Positions 28,538 through 38,511 are shown, counted from the stretch's first letter. The stretch is 64,000 nucleotides of DNA from an uncultured Acidobacteriota bacterium (GCA_963822445.1 CAWGHO010000002.1:1888001-1952000); one strand, 5' to 3'. Translations and numbers: made by a program. Notes: generated by a model not told the origin, from the sequence alone.

Positions 28538-29326
28538 TTGGCGGTCTCTATTACGATGAAAGAGCTTTTGGAGGCTGGCGTCCACTTCGGTCATCAGACC
28601 AAGCGCTGGAACCCGAAGATGAAGAAGTACATCTTCGGCAAGCGCAACGGGATCTACATCATTGACCTGCAGAAGACGCTGAAGCTCTTTAAAGAAGCCT
28701 CGGCATTCATTTCGGATCTCTCGTCCGGCGGTAAGCGCATCCTGTTCGTCGGGACCAAGCGCCAGGCCCAGGACGCCATTCTCGAGGAGGCCAACCGCTG
28801 CGGCATGTTCTACGTGAACAACCGCTGGCTGGGCGGCACCCTGACCAACTTCACCACCGTCCGCAAATCGATCGAGCGTTTGAAAGAGATCGAAGCGCTG
28901 CTCAACGACGCCGAGAAGGAAATGTCGAAGAAAGAGCGCGCCGCTCTCGACAAGGAGCGCGACAAGCTCCAGAAGAACCTGATCGGGATCCGCGAGATGG
29001 ACGGCCTTCCGGATGCGCTCTTCGTGATCGATCCGAAGAAGGAGTACATCGCGGTGAAGGAAGCCAAGAAGCTCGGCATCCCCGTGGTGGCGATCGTCGA
29101 CACCAACTGCGACCCGGAAGACATCGACTACGTCATCCCGGGCAACGACGACGCGATCCGCGCGATCCGTCTGTTCACGCAGAAGATCGCCGATGCGGTC
29201 CTCGAGGGCTACAACCTCGCCGAGGAGCGCTACATCGGGACCGAGGACAAGGGCGACGAGAACGTTCGTCCGATCGCTCCGGAAGTTCCGGCTTCCGAGC
29301 CGATGCAGGCCGTTCCGGCGGTCTGA
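28538..29326 (+). CDS. rpsB: 30S ribosomal protein S2
   Basis: [17 protein letters not shown] and PGNDDAIR motifs; AAGGAGG RBS and TTG start. Confidence 0.97.
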   Translation: MAVSITMKELLEAGVHFGHQTKRWNPKMKKYIFGKRNGIYIIDLQKTLKLFKEASAFISDLSSGGKRILFVGTKRQAQDAILEEANRCGMFYVNNRWLGGTLTNFTTVRKSIERLKEIEALLNDAEKEMSKKERAALDKERDKLQKNLIGIREMDGLPDALFVIDPKKEYIAVKEAKKLGIPVVAIVDTNCDPEDIDYVIPGNDDAIRAIRLFTQKIADAVLEGYNLAEERYIGTEDKGDENVRPIAPEVPASEPMQAVPAV

Positions 29327-29401
29327 TCTCCCACCGACTTTCTTTGTGGAGCGGGGCCGTTCAGGTCCCGCTCCACGCATTTCCCTGCGAGAGGCAATCA
29401 A

Positions 29402-30310
29402 ATGACGATTACCCCCCAACTCATCAAAGAGCTGCGCGAGCAGACCGGCGCCGGTTTCGGCGACGTCAAGGCTGCGCTGACTGAAGCAAACGGCAACATG
29501 GAAGAGGCCACGAAGATCCTCCGCAAGAAGGGTCTCGCCGCGGCCGGCAAGAAAGCGGGACGGGTCACCGCGGAGGGTGCGGTCGTCGCTCACGTCGACG
29601 GCAAAACCGGTGTGCTGGTCGAAGTGAACTGCGAGACCGATTTCGTCGGCCGCAACGAAGTCTTCCAGCGCTTCGCCGCGGAAGTCGCCCGCGTGATCGC
29701 CCAGAGCAAGGCCAATTCGGTCGATGAGCTCCTGGCCGAGAAGTGGCCCGGCAGCGACGAGCCGGTGGCCCAGAAGGTCGCCGAGCAGATCGCGTCGATC
29801 AAGGAGAACATCTCCGTCCGCCGCTTCGCCCGCTACGAGTCGCCCGAGAACGGCGTGATCAACTCGTACATCCACGGCGGCGGCAAGATCGGCGTCATGG
29901 TCGAAGTGACCGGCTCGAATCGCGAGCACGCCACCGAGATCGCCAAGGACGTGGCCATGCACATCGCCGCGGCCGAGCCGCGCTTCCTGCGCCGCGAGGA
30001 CGTGACCGAGAAGGACCTCGAGACCGAGCGCGAGATCGCCCGCGACGCGGCCCTCAAGTCCGGCAAACCGGAGAACATCGTCGAGAAGATGGTGTCCGGC
30101 AAGATGGAGAAGTTCTACGGTGAGGCCTGCCTCCTCGAGCAGCCCTACATCAAGGACGACAAGTCCACCGTCAGCCAGTACCTCGGCAAGCGTGGCAAGG
30201 ATTCGAACTGCGAGTTCGTGATCACCCGCTTCACCCGCTACAAACTGGGTGAGGGGATCGAGAAGCGCAGCGAGGATTTCGCGGCGGAAGTCGCCTCGTA
30301 CATGAAGTAA
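29402..30310 (+). CDS. tsf: Elongation factor Ts
   Basis: IKELREQTGAG, EVNCETDFV and AMHIAA motifs. Confidence 0.97.
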   Translation: MTITPQLIKELREQTGAGFGDVKAALTEANGNMEEATKILRKKGLAAAGKKAGRVTAEGAVVAHVDGKTGVLVEVNCETDFVGRNEVFQRFAAEVARVIAQSKANSVDELLAEKWPGSDEPVAQKVAEQIASIKENISVRRFARYESPENGVINSYIHGGGKIGVMVEVTGSNREHATEIAKDVAMHIAAAEPRFLRREDVTEKDLETEREIARDAALKSGKPENIVEKMVSGKMEKFYGEACLLEQPYIKDDKSTVSQYLGKRGKDSNCEFVITRFTRYKLGEGIEKRSEDFAAEVASYMK

Positions 30311-30332
30311 TCACCCCCATTTCGATCAATGA

Positions 30333-30357
30333 AAGGCGGCCTTCGGGCCGCTTTTTT
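30333..30357 (+). terminator. Intrinsic terminator after tsf
   Basis: GGCGGCC-ttcg-GGCCGCT followed by a T-run. Confidence 0.8.
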
Positions 30358-30436
30358 GTTGCTGGGTTGCTGGGTTGCTGGGTTGCTGGGTACCCTCCAC
30401 CCCGCAGCACCCCAGCAACCCAGTAACCCGGTAACT
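30358..30436. repeat. Octamer tandem repeat (GTTGCTGG x4) with inverted copies
   Basis: GTTGCTGG units followed by CCAGCAAC, CCAGTAAC and CCGGTAAC. Confidence 0.75.
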
Positions 30437-30457
30437 TTCTGATATAACCCGCCCCGC

Positions 30458-31189
30458 ATGGCCGACCCCAAGTACAAACGAATCTGTCTCAAACTCTCAG
30501 GCGAAGCACTCATGGGCGGGCGGCGGCAGGGCATCGATCCGGAAACGCTGGCGGCCATCGCGGACGAGATCGGCGAAGTCCAGAAGATGGGCGTGCAGAT
30601 CGTGATCGTCATCGGCGGCGGCAACATCTTTCGCGGCGTGACCGCGGCCACCGAGGGGATCGATCGCGTGGCCGGCGATCACATGGGCATGCTCGCGACC
30701 GTCATCAACGCCATCGCCCTGCAGGACGCACTCGAGCGCCGCAGCATCAACACGCGCGTCACGACCGCGATCACGATGTCCGAGGTCGCCGAGCCGTTCA
30801 TCCGCCGCCGCGCGATGCGGCATCTCGAAAAGAGTCGCGTGGTCATCTGCGCCGCCGGTACCGGCAATCCGTTCTTCACCACCGACTCCGCTGCCGCGTT
30901 ACGCGCCGCCGAGCTGAAGTGCGACATCATCTTCAAGGCCACGAAGGTCGACGGCATCTACACCGCCGATCCGGAAAAAGACCCGAACGCCATCCGCCTT
31001 CCGCACGTCACCTATCAGCGCGTGCTCGCGGAGCGGCTGCAGGTCATGGATGCCGCGGCCATCGATCTCGCCCGCAACAGTTCCATTCCGATCTACATCT
31101 TCTCGCTGCGCGAGAAGGGCAATATCAAGAGAGCGCTGCTCGGCGAGGACGTCGGCTCGATCGTGTCCGACGAGCTGCCCGCGGCGTAA
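30458..31189 (+). CDS. pyrH: UMP kinase
   Basis: LKLSGEAL, GGGNIFRG, DHMGMLAT and GNPFFTTDSAA motifs. Confidence 0.97.
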   Translation: MADPKYKRICLKLSGEALMGGRRQGIDPETLAAIADEIGEVQKMGVQIVIVIGGGNIFRGVTAATEGIDRVAGDHMGMLATVINAIALQDALERRSINTRVTTAITMSEVAEPFIRRRAMRHLEKSRVVICAAGTGNPFFTTDSAAALRAAELKCDIIFKATKVDGIYTADPEKDPNAIRLPHVTYQRVLAERLQVMDAAAIDLARNSSIPIYIFSLREKGNIKRALLGEDVGSIVSDELPAA

Positions 31190-31202
31190 TCAGGAGCAAA
31201 GC

Positions 31203-31764
31203 ATGCCGACCCAGGACGTGATGAAAGATGTGCTCACCGCATGGACAGCTCGATCGAGTCGCTGAACGCACACTTCAAGACCCTTCGCACCGGCCGCGCG
31301 AATGCGGCGATGCTCGACACCGTGCAGGTCGATTACTACGGCACGCCGACGCCGATCTCGCAGGCGGCCAGCGTCAAAGTTCCGGAGCCCGCGCTGATCG
31401 TGGTCGAGCCGTGGGACAAGTCGATGGTCGGCGCCGATCGAGAAAGCCATCCGCACCGCCGACCTCGGCTTCAACCCCGCCTCGGACGGCAAGGTCATTC
31501 GCGTGCCCGGTCCCGCAGCTGACCGAAGAGCGCCGCAAGGAGCTCGTGAAGAAGGCTCACGACATGGCCGAGGAGGCGCGCACCGCCATCCGCCAGGTGC
31601 GCCGCGACGGCAACGACCGCCTCAAGAAAATGCTCAAGAATCAAGAGATCTCCGAGGACGACGAGAAGCGCGCCCTCGACGAGATCCAGAAGCTGACCGA
31701 CAAGCACATCGACGAAGTGGCCAACGTGCTGAAGCACAAAGAGCACGACATCATGGCCGTCTGA
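31203..31764 (+). CDS. frr: Ribosome recycling factor (several apparent frameshifts)
   Basis: LRTGRAN...DYYG in one frame and [13 protein letters not shown]...IQKLTD in another; follows pyrH. Confidence 0.9.
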
Positions 31765-32438
31765 TGCGCGACCTCGCCGTCATCGTTCCCGCAGCCGGCT
31801 CCGGATCGCGTTTCGGCGGCGGTCCATTCCCAAGCAGTTTCAGGAGCTCGCCGGGAAACCGATCATCCAGCACGTCATCGAGCGTTTTCTGCTGAACGAA
31901 AACGTTGCTCGGGTGATCGTGCCGGTCTCGCAGCAATTGCTGCGCCGGCGTGAAGAACAGCGAGCGGGTGACGTTCGTCGCCGGTGGTGAGACGCGGCAG
32001 GAGTCGGTGACGAACGGATTGGCCGAGGCGGGCGATGCGGTGCTGATCGCGGTGCATGATGCGGTGCGGCCGCTGTTCAGCCACGAGATGTTCGCGGCCG
32101 TCGTTGCAGCGGCGCGAGAGTTCGGTGCGGCGCTGCCGGTCGTTCCCGTTCCCGACACGATTCACGTGATGACCGATCGCGCCACGGTCGAATCGACACT
32201 CGATCGCTCGATGCTCGCCGCGGCGCAGACGCCGCAGTGTTTTCACGCGAACGTCCTGCGCGACATCCTCGAGCGGGCCGGGCGCGAAAAAATCGAAGGC
32301 ACGGACGAAGCCGGGCTCGCGGCGCGCTTCGGCTACACGGTGAAAGCTGTTCCCGGCGATCCGCGCAATCTCAAGATCACCGTTCCCGAGGATTTGGCCA
32401 TCGCCGAGTCGTACCTCCAGCAGTGGAGCGCGTCGTGA
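31764..32438 (+). CDS. ispD: 2-C-methyl-D-erythritol 4-phosphate cytidylyltransferase (apparent frameshifts in the 5' third)
   Basis: PAAGSGSRFG, PKQF, GGETRQESV, VHDAVRP, QTPQ and NLKIT motifs spread over several frames. Confidence 0.88.
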
Positions 32439-32944
32439 TACGAGTCGGTCAGGGCGTCGATATTCATCCCTTCGATCCTGACCGGCCGCTGATCCTCGGC
32501 GGCGTGCGCATCAGCGAAACAGGCGGCCTCGCCGGACATTCGGATGCTGACGCGGTGCTGCACGCGGTCACGGACGCGCTTCTCGGTGCCGCGGGCGCGG
32601 GTGACATCGGCCGTTACTTTCCGTCCACGGACGAACGCTGGCGCAACGCCGACTCGGCGGTGTTCGTGCGGGAAGCGAAACAGATCCTCGACGAGATGAA
32701 CGGCGAGATCTCGAACATCGACATCACCATCGTCGCGCAGCAGCCGAAGCTCGCGCCGCACCGCGCGGCGCTGGTCACGTCGGTCGCGAATCTTCTGGGC
32801 CTGCCCGAAAGCCGCGTGAACGTGAAAGCAACGACCACCGATCACCTCGGATTCGTCGGACGCGGCGAAGGCATCTGCGCGATGGCCATCGCGGCGGTTG
32901 TCATCCCGAGCGCAGTCGAGGGATCTGGCCGGGTGGCTCGATGA
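32435..32944 (+). CDS. ispF: 2-C-methyl-D-erythritol 2,4-cyclodiphosphate synthase
   Basis: RVGQGVDIH, GHSDADAVLHA and NVKATT...GRGEGI motifs. Confidence 0.95.
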   Translation: MIRVGQGVDIHPFDPDRPLILGGVRISETGGLAGHSDADAVLHAVTDALLGAAGAGDIGRYFPSTDERWRNADSAVFVREAKQILDEMNGEISNIDITIVAQQPKLAPHRAALVTSVANLLGLPESRVNVKATTTDHLGFVGRGEGICAMAIAAVVIPSAVEGSGRVAR

Positions 32945-32982
32945 CGGTGCCACCAGATCCCTCGACTTCGCTCGGGATGACA
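32899..32982. repeat. Palindromic REP/MITE-like element spanning the ispF-gltX junction
   Basis: TGTCATCCCGAGCGCAGTCGAGGGATCTGG...CCAGATCCCTCGACTTCGCTCGGGATGACA, about 30 bp near-perfect inverted repeat. Confidence 0.85.
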
Positions 32983-34335
32983 TCCGTCCGCGTCCGCTTC
33001 GCCCCTTCGCCCACCGGGCACCTCCACGTCGGTGGCGCGCGCACGGCGATTTTCAACTGGCTCTTCGCGAAGCATCACAACGGCAAGTTCATCATCCGCG
33101 TCGAAGACACCGATCAGGCGCGGTCGACGCGCGAGTCGGAGCAGATGGTCCTCGACGATCTGCGCTGGCTCGGCCTTGATTGGGATGAAGGACCCTATCG
33201 CCAGAGCGAGCGACTCGACCTGTACGCTGGTTTCGGACGCGAGCTGATCGAGCGCGGCGTTGCGTATCGCTGCTACTGCACGGAGGAGGAGCTCGATGCC
33301 AAGCGCAAACAGGCGGAGCTAGACGGGCGGCCGCCCCATTACGACCTCAAGTGCTGGATCAACCGGCGTGACGACGATGCGCCGCACGCGATCCGCTTCC
33401 ACGTTCCTGACGACGGGGACGTGACCATCGTCGATGTCATCCGCGGCGAGATCACCTGGCGCAAGGAGTCGCTCGGCGACTTCATCCTCATCCGATCGGA
33501 CGGTTTTCCGATCTACAACTTCTGCGTCGTCGCCGACGACCACGACATGGACATCACGCACGTCATTCGCGCGGAAGAGCACCTCACCAACACGCATCGT
33601 CAGGTTCTCATCTACCGGGCGATGGGTTGGGACGTTCCGCGCTTCGCCCACGTTTCGCTGATCCTCGGTCAGGATCGAACGAAGCTCTCCAAGCGTCACG
33701 GCGCAACGTCGGTCAGCGCGTATGCCGACGAGGGCTACCTGCCGGACGCGATGCTCAACTACCTCGCTCTCCTCGGCTGGTCGTCATCGGAAGGCGTGGA
33801 GGTTTTCTCGCGCGAGTACGCCGTCAAGAACTTCTCACTCGATCGCGTGAATGCCGCGCCGGCGGTGTTCGATCCGCAGAAGTTCGAGTGGTTGAACGGC
33901 CAGTACGTGCATGCGATGAGCGCGGCGGAGCTCGCGCCGCTCGTGCGCCGGTTCTTCGATGCGCCGTGGCTCGAGGAAGGAATCGACGTCGTAAAGACCA
34001 GCGTGCATCGGCTCACCGAGTTCGGTTCCGCGCTGAGCTTCGTCAGCGGCTACACGCCGCCGGCGATCGAGCGCGAGTTCGCGGTGAAGCTCGCTGAGGA
34101 TTTGCGCGCGAATGGCTCGCCGACGGATGAGGCGAGCTACAAGGCGATGGTCGAGCGGCTGAAGACATCGACCGGGCTGAAGGGCAAGGCGCTGTTCATG
34201 CCGTTGCGGCTGGCGATCACGGGACTCGAGCATGGGCCGGAGCTCGTGCGCTCGATTCCGCTGATCGAGCACGCCAGCAAGGTCGATCCGCGCGTTCTGT
34301 CGCCGCTGGCTCGAGCAGAGCAATGTATCGCCTGA
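32977..34335 (+). CDS. gltX: Glutamate--tRNA ligase
   Basis: RFAPSPTGHLHVGG, RVEDTD, KLSKRHG and PLRLAITG...GPEL motifs. Confidence 0.95.
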   Translation: MTSVRVRFAPSPTGHLHVGGARTAIFNWLFAKHHNGKFIIRVEDTDQARSTRESEQMVLDDLRWLGLDWDEGPYRQSERLDLYAGFGRELIERGVAYRCYCTEEELDAKRKQAELDGRPPHYDLKCWINRRDDDAPHAIRFHVPDDGDVTIVDVIRGEITWRKESLGDFILIRSDGFPIYNFCVVADDHDMDITHVIRAEEHLTNTHRQVLIYRAMGWDVPRFAHVSLILGQDRTKLSKRHGATSVSAYADEGYLPDAMLNYLALLGWSSSEGVEVFSREYAVKNFSLDRVNAAPAVFDPQKFEWLNGQYVHAMSAAELAPLVRRFFDAPWLEEGIDVVKTSVHRLTEFGSALSFVSGYTPPAIEREFAVKLAEDLRANGSPTDEASYKAMVERLKTSTGLKGKALFMPLRLAITGLEHGPELVRSIPLIEHASKVDPRVLSPLARAEQCIA

Positions 34336-35291
34336 TCCGCCGCGCGCTCTTCGCGCTCGAACCCGAGGCGGCGCACGAGTGGACCAGCGAGCAGATCCAG
34401 CACCTGCAGCAGATCCCTCTCGTGCTGCGGATGATCGAGCGGGTCTACCGCACGCCCCCGAAACCGCGGACCCTTTTCGGCCTCACCTTCAACTCGCCGA
34501 TCGGCATCGCCGGCGGCTTCGACAAGAACGCCGCGATGATGCCGTTCCTCGCCGCCCTCGGCTTCGGTTTCCTGGAAGTCGGAACGGTCACGCTGAAGCC
34601 GCAGGCCGGCAATCCTCGTCCGCGCCTTTTTCGCTATCCGAAAGAACAGGCGCTGATCAACCGCCTCGGATTCAACAACGACGGCGCCGATGCCGTGGCC
34701 GCGCGACTGAAATCGTGGCCGCGAACCGTTCCGGTTTTCGTCAACGTCGGCAAGAACCGCGACGTACCGCTCGAAGGGGCGGTCGAGTCGTATGTCGAGT
34801 GCTACCGCCGCGTCGCGCCGCACGCCGATGCAGCGGTGTTGAATTTGTCGTCGCCCAACACGCCGGGGCTGCGCGACCTGCAACGGCCCGAGCATGTCGA
34901 AGCGCTGCTGAATGCCCTGCCGCGCGTCGGACCGGTGTTGATCAAGATCGCGCCGGACCTCGACGAAAGCCAGATCGCCGAAATCGCCGCGGTCTGCGCG
35001 AACAAAGCCGACGGCATGATCTGCACGAACACCACCCTCGATCGCCTGCCGGGCATGAACGAGGCAGGGGGGCTTTCGGGCAAGCCGTTAATGGCGAAGT
35101 CGACGAAGGTGCTGGCGCAGGTGCGGAAGGCGGTCGGCGACGACTACCCGCTCATCGGCGTCGGCGGCGTGTTCACCGCCGATGATGTGCGGGCGAAGGT
35201 GGATGCGGGGGCGAATCTGGTGCAGATCTACACATCCTTTATCTATGAAGGGCCGGGAATCGTGAAAACTCTGGTGCGCGCATGCCAGTAG
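34323..35291 (+). CDS. pyrD: Quinone-dependent dihydroorotate dehydrogenase
   Basis: PEAAH, GFDKN, GNPRPRLFR, NRLGFNN, NLSSPNTPGLR and GGLSG motifs. Confidence 0.95.
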   Translation: MYRLIRRALFALEPEAAHEWTSEQIQHLQQIPLVLRMIERVYRTPPKPRTLFGLTFNSPIGIAGGFDKNAAMMPFLAALGFGFLEVGTVTLKPQAGNPRPRLFRYPKEQALINRLGFNNDGADAVAARLKSWPRTVPVFVNVGKNRDVPLEGAVESYVECYRRVAPHADAAVLNLSSPNTPGLRDLQRPEHVEALLNALPRVGPVLIKIAPDLDESQIAEIAAVCANKADGMICTNTTLDRLPGMNEAGGLSGKPLMAKSTKVLAQVRKAVGDDYPLIGVGGVFTADDVRAKVDAGANLVQIYTSFIYEGPGIVKTLVRACQ

Positions 35292-35292
35292 T

Positions 35293-35410
35293 TCATCCTT
35301 CGGCGCGCAGCGCCGGAGGATCTACGGTTACACCGGCAGGATCACGCATGTGGGCAGCAGTCGCGCGGTATAGCCGGAGATCCTCCGGCGCTGACGCGCC
35401 GAAGGATAGA
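35293..35410. repeat. Palindromic REP/MITE-like element between pyrD and rlmB
   Basis: ATCCTTCGGCGCGCAGCGCCGGAGGATCT...AGATCCTCCGGCGCTGACGCGCCGAAGGAT inverted repeat. Confidence 0.8.
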
Positions 35411-35421
35411 CTCGAAAAAGC

Positions 35422-36135
35422 ATGATCGTTTACGGAGCGAACCCCGTCCTCGAAGCCATCCGCGCCGACCCTCGCCGGGTCCGGTTCGTGGCCGTGGCCC
35501 GGGAGAACAGCGGGCGGCATCAGCGGATTGTGGCCGAGGCGAAGGAGGCGGATGTGGCTGTGCGGATCCTGCCTTCGAACCAGATCGACAAGATGGCAGG
35601 CCGGGTCGTGCACAACGGCGTGGTGGCCGAGGTTTCCGAGACGGCGTACGCGGACTTTGATGAGGTCGTGGGCCAGGATGAGACGACCTTCGTCCTGATC
35701 CTGGACGGCATCACCGACCCGCAGAACTTCGGGGCGATTCTGAGGGTCGCGGATGGGTTCGGCGTGCATCTGGTCGTGCTCCCCCAGCACGAGAGCGTCG
35801 GCCTGACTCCCGCCGCGGTGAAAGCCTCGGCCGGGGCGGCGCAGTGGGTCGCGGTCGCGCACGTCACGAACCTTTCCCGGGCCATCGAGACCCTGAAGGA
35901 AAAGGGATTCTGGGTTTACGCCGCGGCCGCGGATGGGGATCACGCCGCGAAGATCGACTTCACCGGCAAAGTCGCGCTCGTCATGGGAAGCGAGGGGAAG
36001 GGGGTCCGGCGGAACGTTCTGGACCACTGCGACCGGACCATTTCCATCCCCATGTTCGGGCACGTCGACTCCTTCAATGTCGCGTCCGCCGCGGCGGTTT
36101 TGTGCTACGAGGTCGTCCGGCAAACCCGGAATTAA
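35422..36135 (+). CDS. rlmB: 23S rRNA (guanosine-2'-O)-methyltransferase, SpoU family
   Basis: LDGITDPQNFGAILR, KASAGA, GSEGKG and IPMFG.VDSFNVA motifs. Confidence 0.9.
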   Translation: MIVYGANPVLEAIRADPRRVRFVAVARENSGRHQRIVAEAKEADVAVRILPSNQIDKMAGRVVHNGVVAEVSETAYADFDEVVGQDETTFVLILDGITDPQNFGAILRVADGFGVHLVVLPQHESVGLTPAAVKASAGAAQWVAVAHVTNLSRAIETLKEKGFWVYAAAADGDHAAKIDFTGKVALVMGSEGKGVRRNVLDHCDRTISIPMFGHVDSFNVASAAAVLCYEVVRQTRN

Positions 36136-36142
36136 GAGGCAC

Positions 36143-36171
36143 TTGCACGCGGTTTGGCCATCTGCTATAAC
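36143..36171 (+). promoter_or_regulatory. Sigma70 promoter of the tRNA operon
   Basis: TTGCAC-N17-TATAAC with an extended TG. Confidence 0.6.
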
Positions 36172-36258
36172 CCGCAGTTCCTCGGCCGCGCCGGCAGCAG
36201 TCTCACCCTCTGCAACATCGGTATTGGCTGATTGTGTCTTTGAAATCATAGGTTTGGC

Positions 36259-36334
36259 GCTGGCATAGCTCAGTTGGTAGAGCAGCTGATTTGTAATCAG
36301 CAGGTCGCGGGTTCGAGTCCCGTCGCCAGCTCCA
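36259..36334 (+). tRNA. tRNA-Thr(TGT)
   Basis: 76-nt cloverleaf; CTGAT-TTGTAAT-CAG anticodon arm, GGTTCGA, encoded CCA. Confidence 0.95.
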
Positions 36335-36349
36335 GAGCGGCTCCAAACC

Positions 36350-36437
36350 GGAGAGATGGCTGAGCGGCTAAAAGCAGCAGACTGTAAATCTGCCGGGTCC
36401 ATGACCTACGGAGGTTCGAATCCTCCTCTCTCCACCA
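36350..36437 (+). tRNA. tRNA-Tyr(GTA)
   Basis: Cloverleaf with a long variable arm, CTGTAAA loop and CCA. Confidence 0.95.
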
Positions 36438-36453
36438 GAGCAGCGTAAAAAAC

Positions 36454-36529
36454 GCGGGAGTAACTCAGTTGGTAGAGTCACAGCCTTCCAAGCTGTTGGT
36501 CGCGGGTTCGAATCCCGTCTCCCGCTCCA
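36454..36529 (+). tRNA. tRNA-Gly(TCC)
   Basis: GCGGGAG/CTCCCGC acceptor stem, CTTCCAA loop and CCA. Confidence 0.95.
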
Positions 36530-36542
36530 AACGAAGCAGTAA

Positions 36543-36617
36543 GCCCTCGTAGCTCAGGGGTAGAGCACGTCCTTGGTAAGGACGGGGTCACCAGTTCAAA
36601 TCTGGTCGAGGGCTCCA
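36543..36617 (+). tRNA. tRNA-Thr(GGT)
   Basis: GCCCTCG/CGAGGGC acceptor stem, TTGGTAA loop and CCA. Confidence 0.95.
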
Positions 36618-36658
36618 CCAATCAGCGGCACCAAACTCATCACAGAGGCGGCAACACC

Positions 36659-36817
36659 ATGGCGGCAACGCGCGAGATCATCACGCTCCAGTGCACCGAG
36701 TGCAAACGGCGGAACTACACCACCACGAAGAACAAGAAGACGACCACCGAGAAGCTCGAGCTGAAGAAGTTCTGCCGGCACGAGCGGAAGCGGACGGTCC
36801 ATCGCGAGACGAAATAG
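36659..36817 (+). CDS. rpmG: 50S ribosomal protein L33 (not in the ORF track)
   Basis: Manual translation [52 protein letters not shown]. Confidence 0.95.
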   Translation: MAATREIITLQCTECKRRNYTTTKNKKTTTEKLELKKFCRHERKRTVHRETK

Positions 36818-36868
36818 CAGGGAATTAAACGAGAAAGCTCCGCTTTCTCAGCAGTTTGCGGCAAATGT

Positions 36869-36944
36869 AGGCCAATAGCTCAATTGGTAGAGCAGCGGTC
36901 TCCAAAACCGCAGGTTGGGGGTTCGAGTCCCTCTTGGCCTGCCA
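36869..36944 (+). tRNA. tRNA-Trp(CCA)
   Basis: AGGCCAA/TTGGCCT acceptor stem, CTCCAAA loop and CCA; canonical position before secE. Confidence 0.95.
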
Positions 36945-36962
36945 AATCCTGAAGAAGAAGCT

Positions 36963-37035
36963 TGCAGCCATCAGCTCTCAGCTCGCAGGGAGAAAGCCTT
37001 CCCCTGTGGGCTGAGAGCTGCCGGCTGAGGGCTGA
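36963..37035. repeat. Degenerate heptamer inverted-repeat hairpin before secE
   Basis: CAGCCATCAGCTCTCAGC...GCTGAGAGCTGCCGGCTGAGGGCTG. Confidence 0.6.
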
Positions 37036-37044
37036 AGGGTATTC

Positions 37045-37298
37045 ATGGCACCGGAAGTCGACAAAGACAACGCAGTCGTCGCAAGCCGAAGCAGTGGTGG
37101 CTCGCGACCAAAGAGTTCTTCCGAGACACGAACTCGGAAATGCAGAAGGTCACCTGGCCGAGCAAGAACGAGGTCGTCGGCACGACCGTCGTGGTCATCG
37201 TGGCCACGCTCGTGTTCGCGCTCTTCCTCTGGGGCTGCGACCTCGTCTTCTACAAGGCCATCGATTTTCTCTTCACCCGTTTCGGAGCGAGCACCTAA
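37045..37298 (+). CDS. secE: Preprotein translocase subunit SecE (apparent 1-nt deletion near 37083)
   Basis: EMQKVTWPSKNEV..TTVVVIV TM lies in a frame shifted from the ATG; position between tRNA-Trp and nusG. Confidence 0.9.
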
Positions 37299-37301
37299 TC
37301 A

Positions 37302-37889
37302 ATGGTCGAAGCGACGACGCAGAAGCAGTGGTACATCGTCCACACCTACTCCGGTTTCGAGGAGCGGGTGAAGGAGAACCTCACCCAGCGCATCGACGCC
37401 CTCGGCATGCGCGAGAAGTTCGGCGAGATCAAGATCCCGACCGAGACGCTCGTGGAGATGAAGGGCGGCAAGAAGCGCGAGGTGCAGCGCAAATTCTTCC
37501 CCGGCTACATCCTCGTGGAGATGGAGATGTCGGACGACGCCTGGCATCTCGTCAAGAACACTCCCAAGGTGACCGGCTTCGTCGGCACGGGCAAGAAGCC
37601 GACGCCGCTGACGCAGGAAGAGGTCGACCAGATCCTCAGCCAGGTCGTCACCACCAAGGAAAAGCCGAAACCGAAGCACGTTTACGAGCACGGCGAGCAC
37701 GTCCGCATCATCGACGGCCCGTTCACGAACTTCACCGGCGTGGTCGAAGAGGTCAACCTCGACCGCAACACTCTCAAGGTCATGGTCACGATCTTCGGCC
37801 GCTCCACTCCGGTCGAGCTGGACTTCCTGCAGGTCGCCCGTTACGACGCGGCCGAGGAACAGGCCGGCGGCGCCCAGAAGACGCGATAA
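37302..37889 (+). CDS. nusG: Transcription termination/antitermination factor NusG
   Basis: [19 protein letters not shown] (DGPF) and [12 protein letters not shown] motifs. Confidence 0.97.
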   Translation: MVEATTQKQWYIVHTYSGFEERVKENLTQRIDALGMREKFGEIKIPTETLVEMKGGKKREVQRKFFPGYILVEMEMSDDAWHLVKNTPKVTGFVGTGKKPTPLTQEEVDQILSQVVTTKEKPKPKHVYEHGEHVRIIDGPFTNFTGVVEEVNLDRNTLKVMVTIFGRSTPVELDFLQVARYDAAEEQAGGAQKTR

Positions 37890-37932
37890 ACGATTACAAA
37901 TTAACGCGAGCAATTAGCGCGAAGGATTCACG

Positions 37933-38358
37933 ATGGCTAAAAAGATTACTGGTTACATCAAGCTTCAGATCCCGGCCGGACAGGCCACTCCCGCTCCCCC
38001 GGTCGGCCCGGCCCTCGGCCAGCACGGCGTGAACATCATGGAGTTCTGCAAGACCTTCAATGCTCGCACCGCCAAGGACCAGGGGCTGATCATCCCGGTC
38101 GTGATCACGGTCTTCTCCGACCGCACGTTCACGTTCATCACCAAGACCCCGCCCGCGTCGATCCTTCTGCTGAAGGCGGCCGGCATCCAGAAGGGGTCCG
38201 GCGTGCCGAACAAGACCAAGATCGGCAAGGTCACCCGCAAGCAGGTCGAAGAGATCGCGCGTCTGAAGATGCCCGACCTCAACGCCGCCAGCGTCGAGGC
38301 GGCCATGAAGACCGTCGAGGGCACGGCGCGCTCGATGGGGATGGAAATCGTCGATTAG
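37933..38358 (+). CDS. rplK: 50S ribosomal protein L11
   Basis: [11 protein letters not shown] and GTARSMG motifs. Confidence 0.97.
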   Translation: MAKKITGYIKLQIPAGQATPAPPVGPALGQHGVNIMEFCKTFNARTAKDQGLIIPVVITVFSDRTFTFITKTPPASILLLKAAGIQKGSGVPNKTKIGKVTRKQVEEIARLKMPDLNAASVEAAMKTVEGTARSMGMEIVD

Positions 38359-38360
38359 TT

Positions 38361-38436
38361 CGGTAGGCAGTAGGCAGTAGGCGGTAGGCAGGAGAGACCG
38401 GTTTTCCTGCCTACCGCCTACTGCCTACCGCCTACT
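38361..38436. repeat. Heptamer tandem/inverted repeat hairpin (GTAGGCA/G) between rplK and rplA
   Basis: Four GTAGGCA/G units, a short loop, then four CCTACC/TG units. Confidence 0.8.
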
Positions 38437-38469
38437 AAGAGGCGCGACAGCGCGTAGCTGTCGCAAATG

Positions 38470-38501
38470 TGTAGGAGGCTCGAAAGAGCCGCTAAAACTA
38501 C
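38470..38501 (+). promoter_or_regulatory. Putative L1-binding autoregulatory mRNA site upstream of rplA
   Basis: GTAGGAGG-ctcgaaagag-CCGCTAAAACTAC resembles the L1 target fold and lies just before the rplA RBS. Confidence 0.6.
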
Positions 38502-38511
38502 AAGGAGAGAT

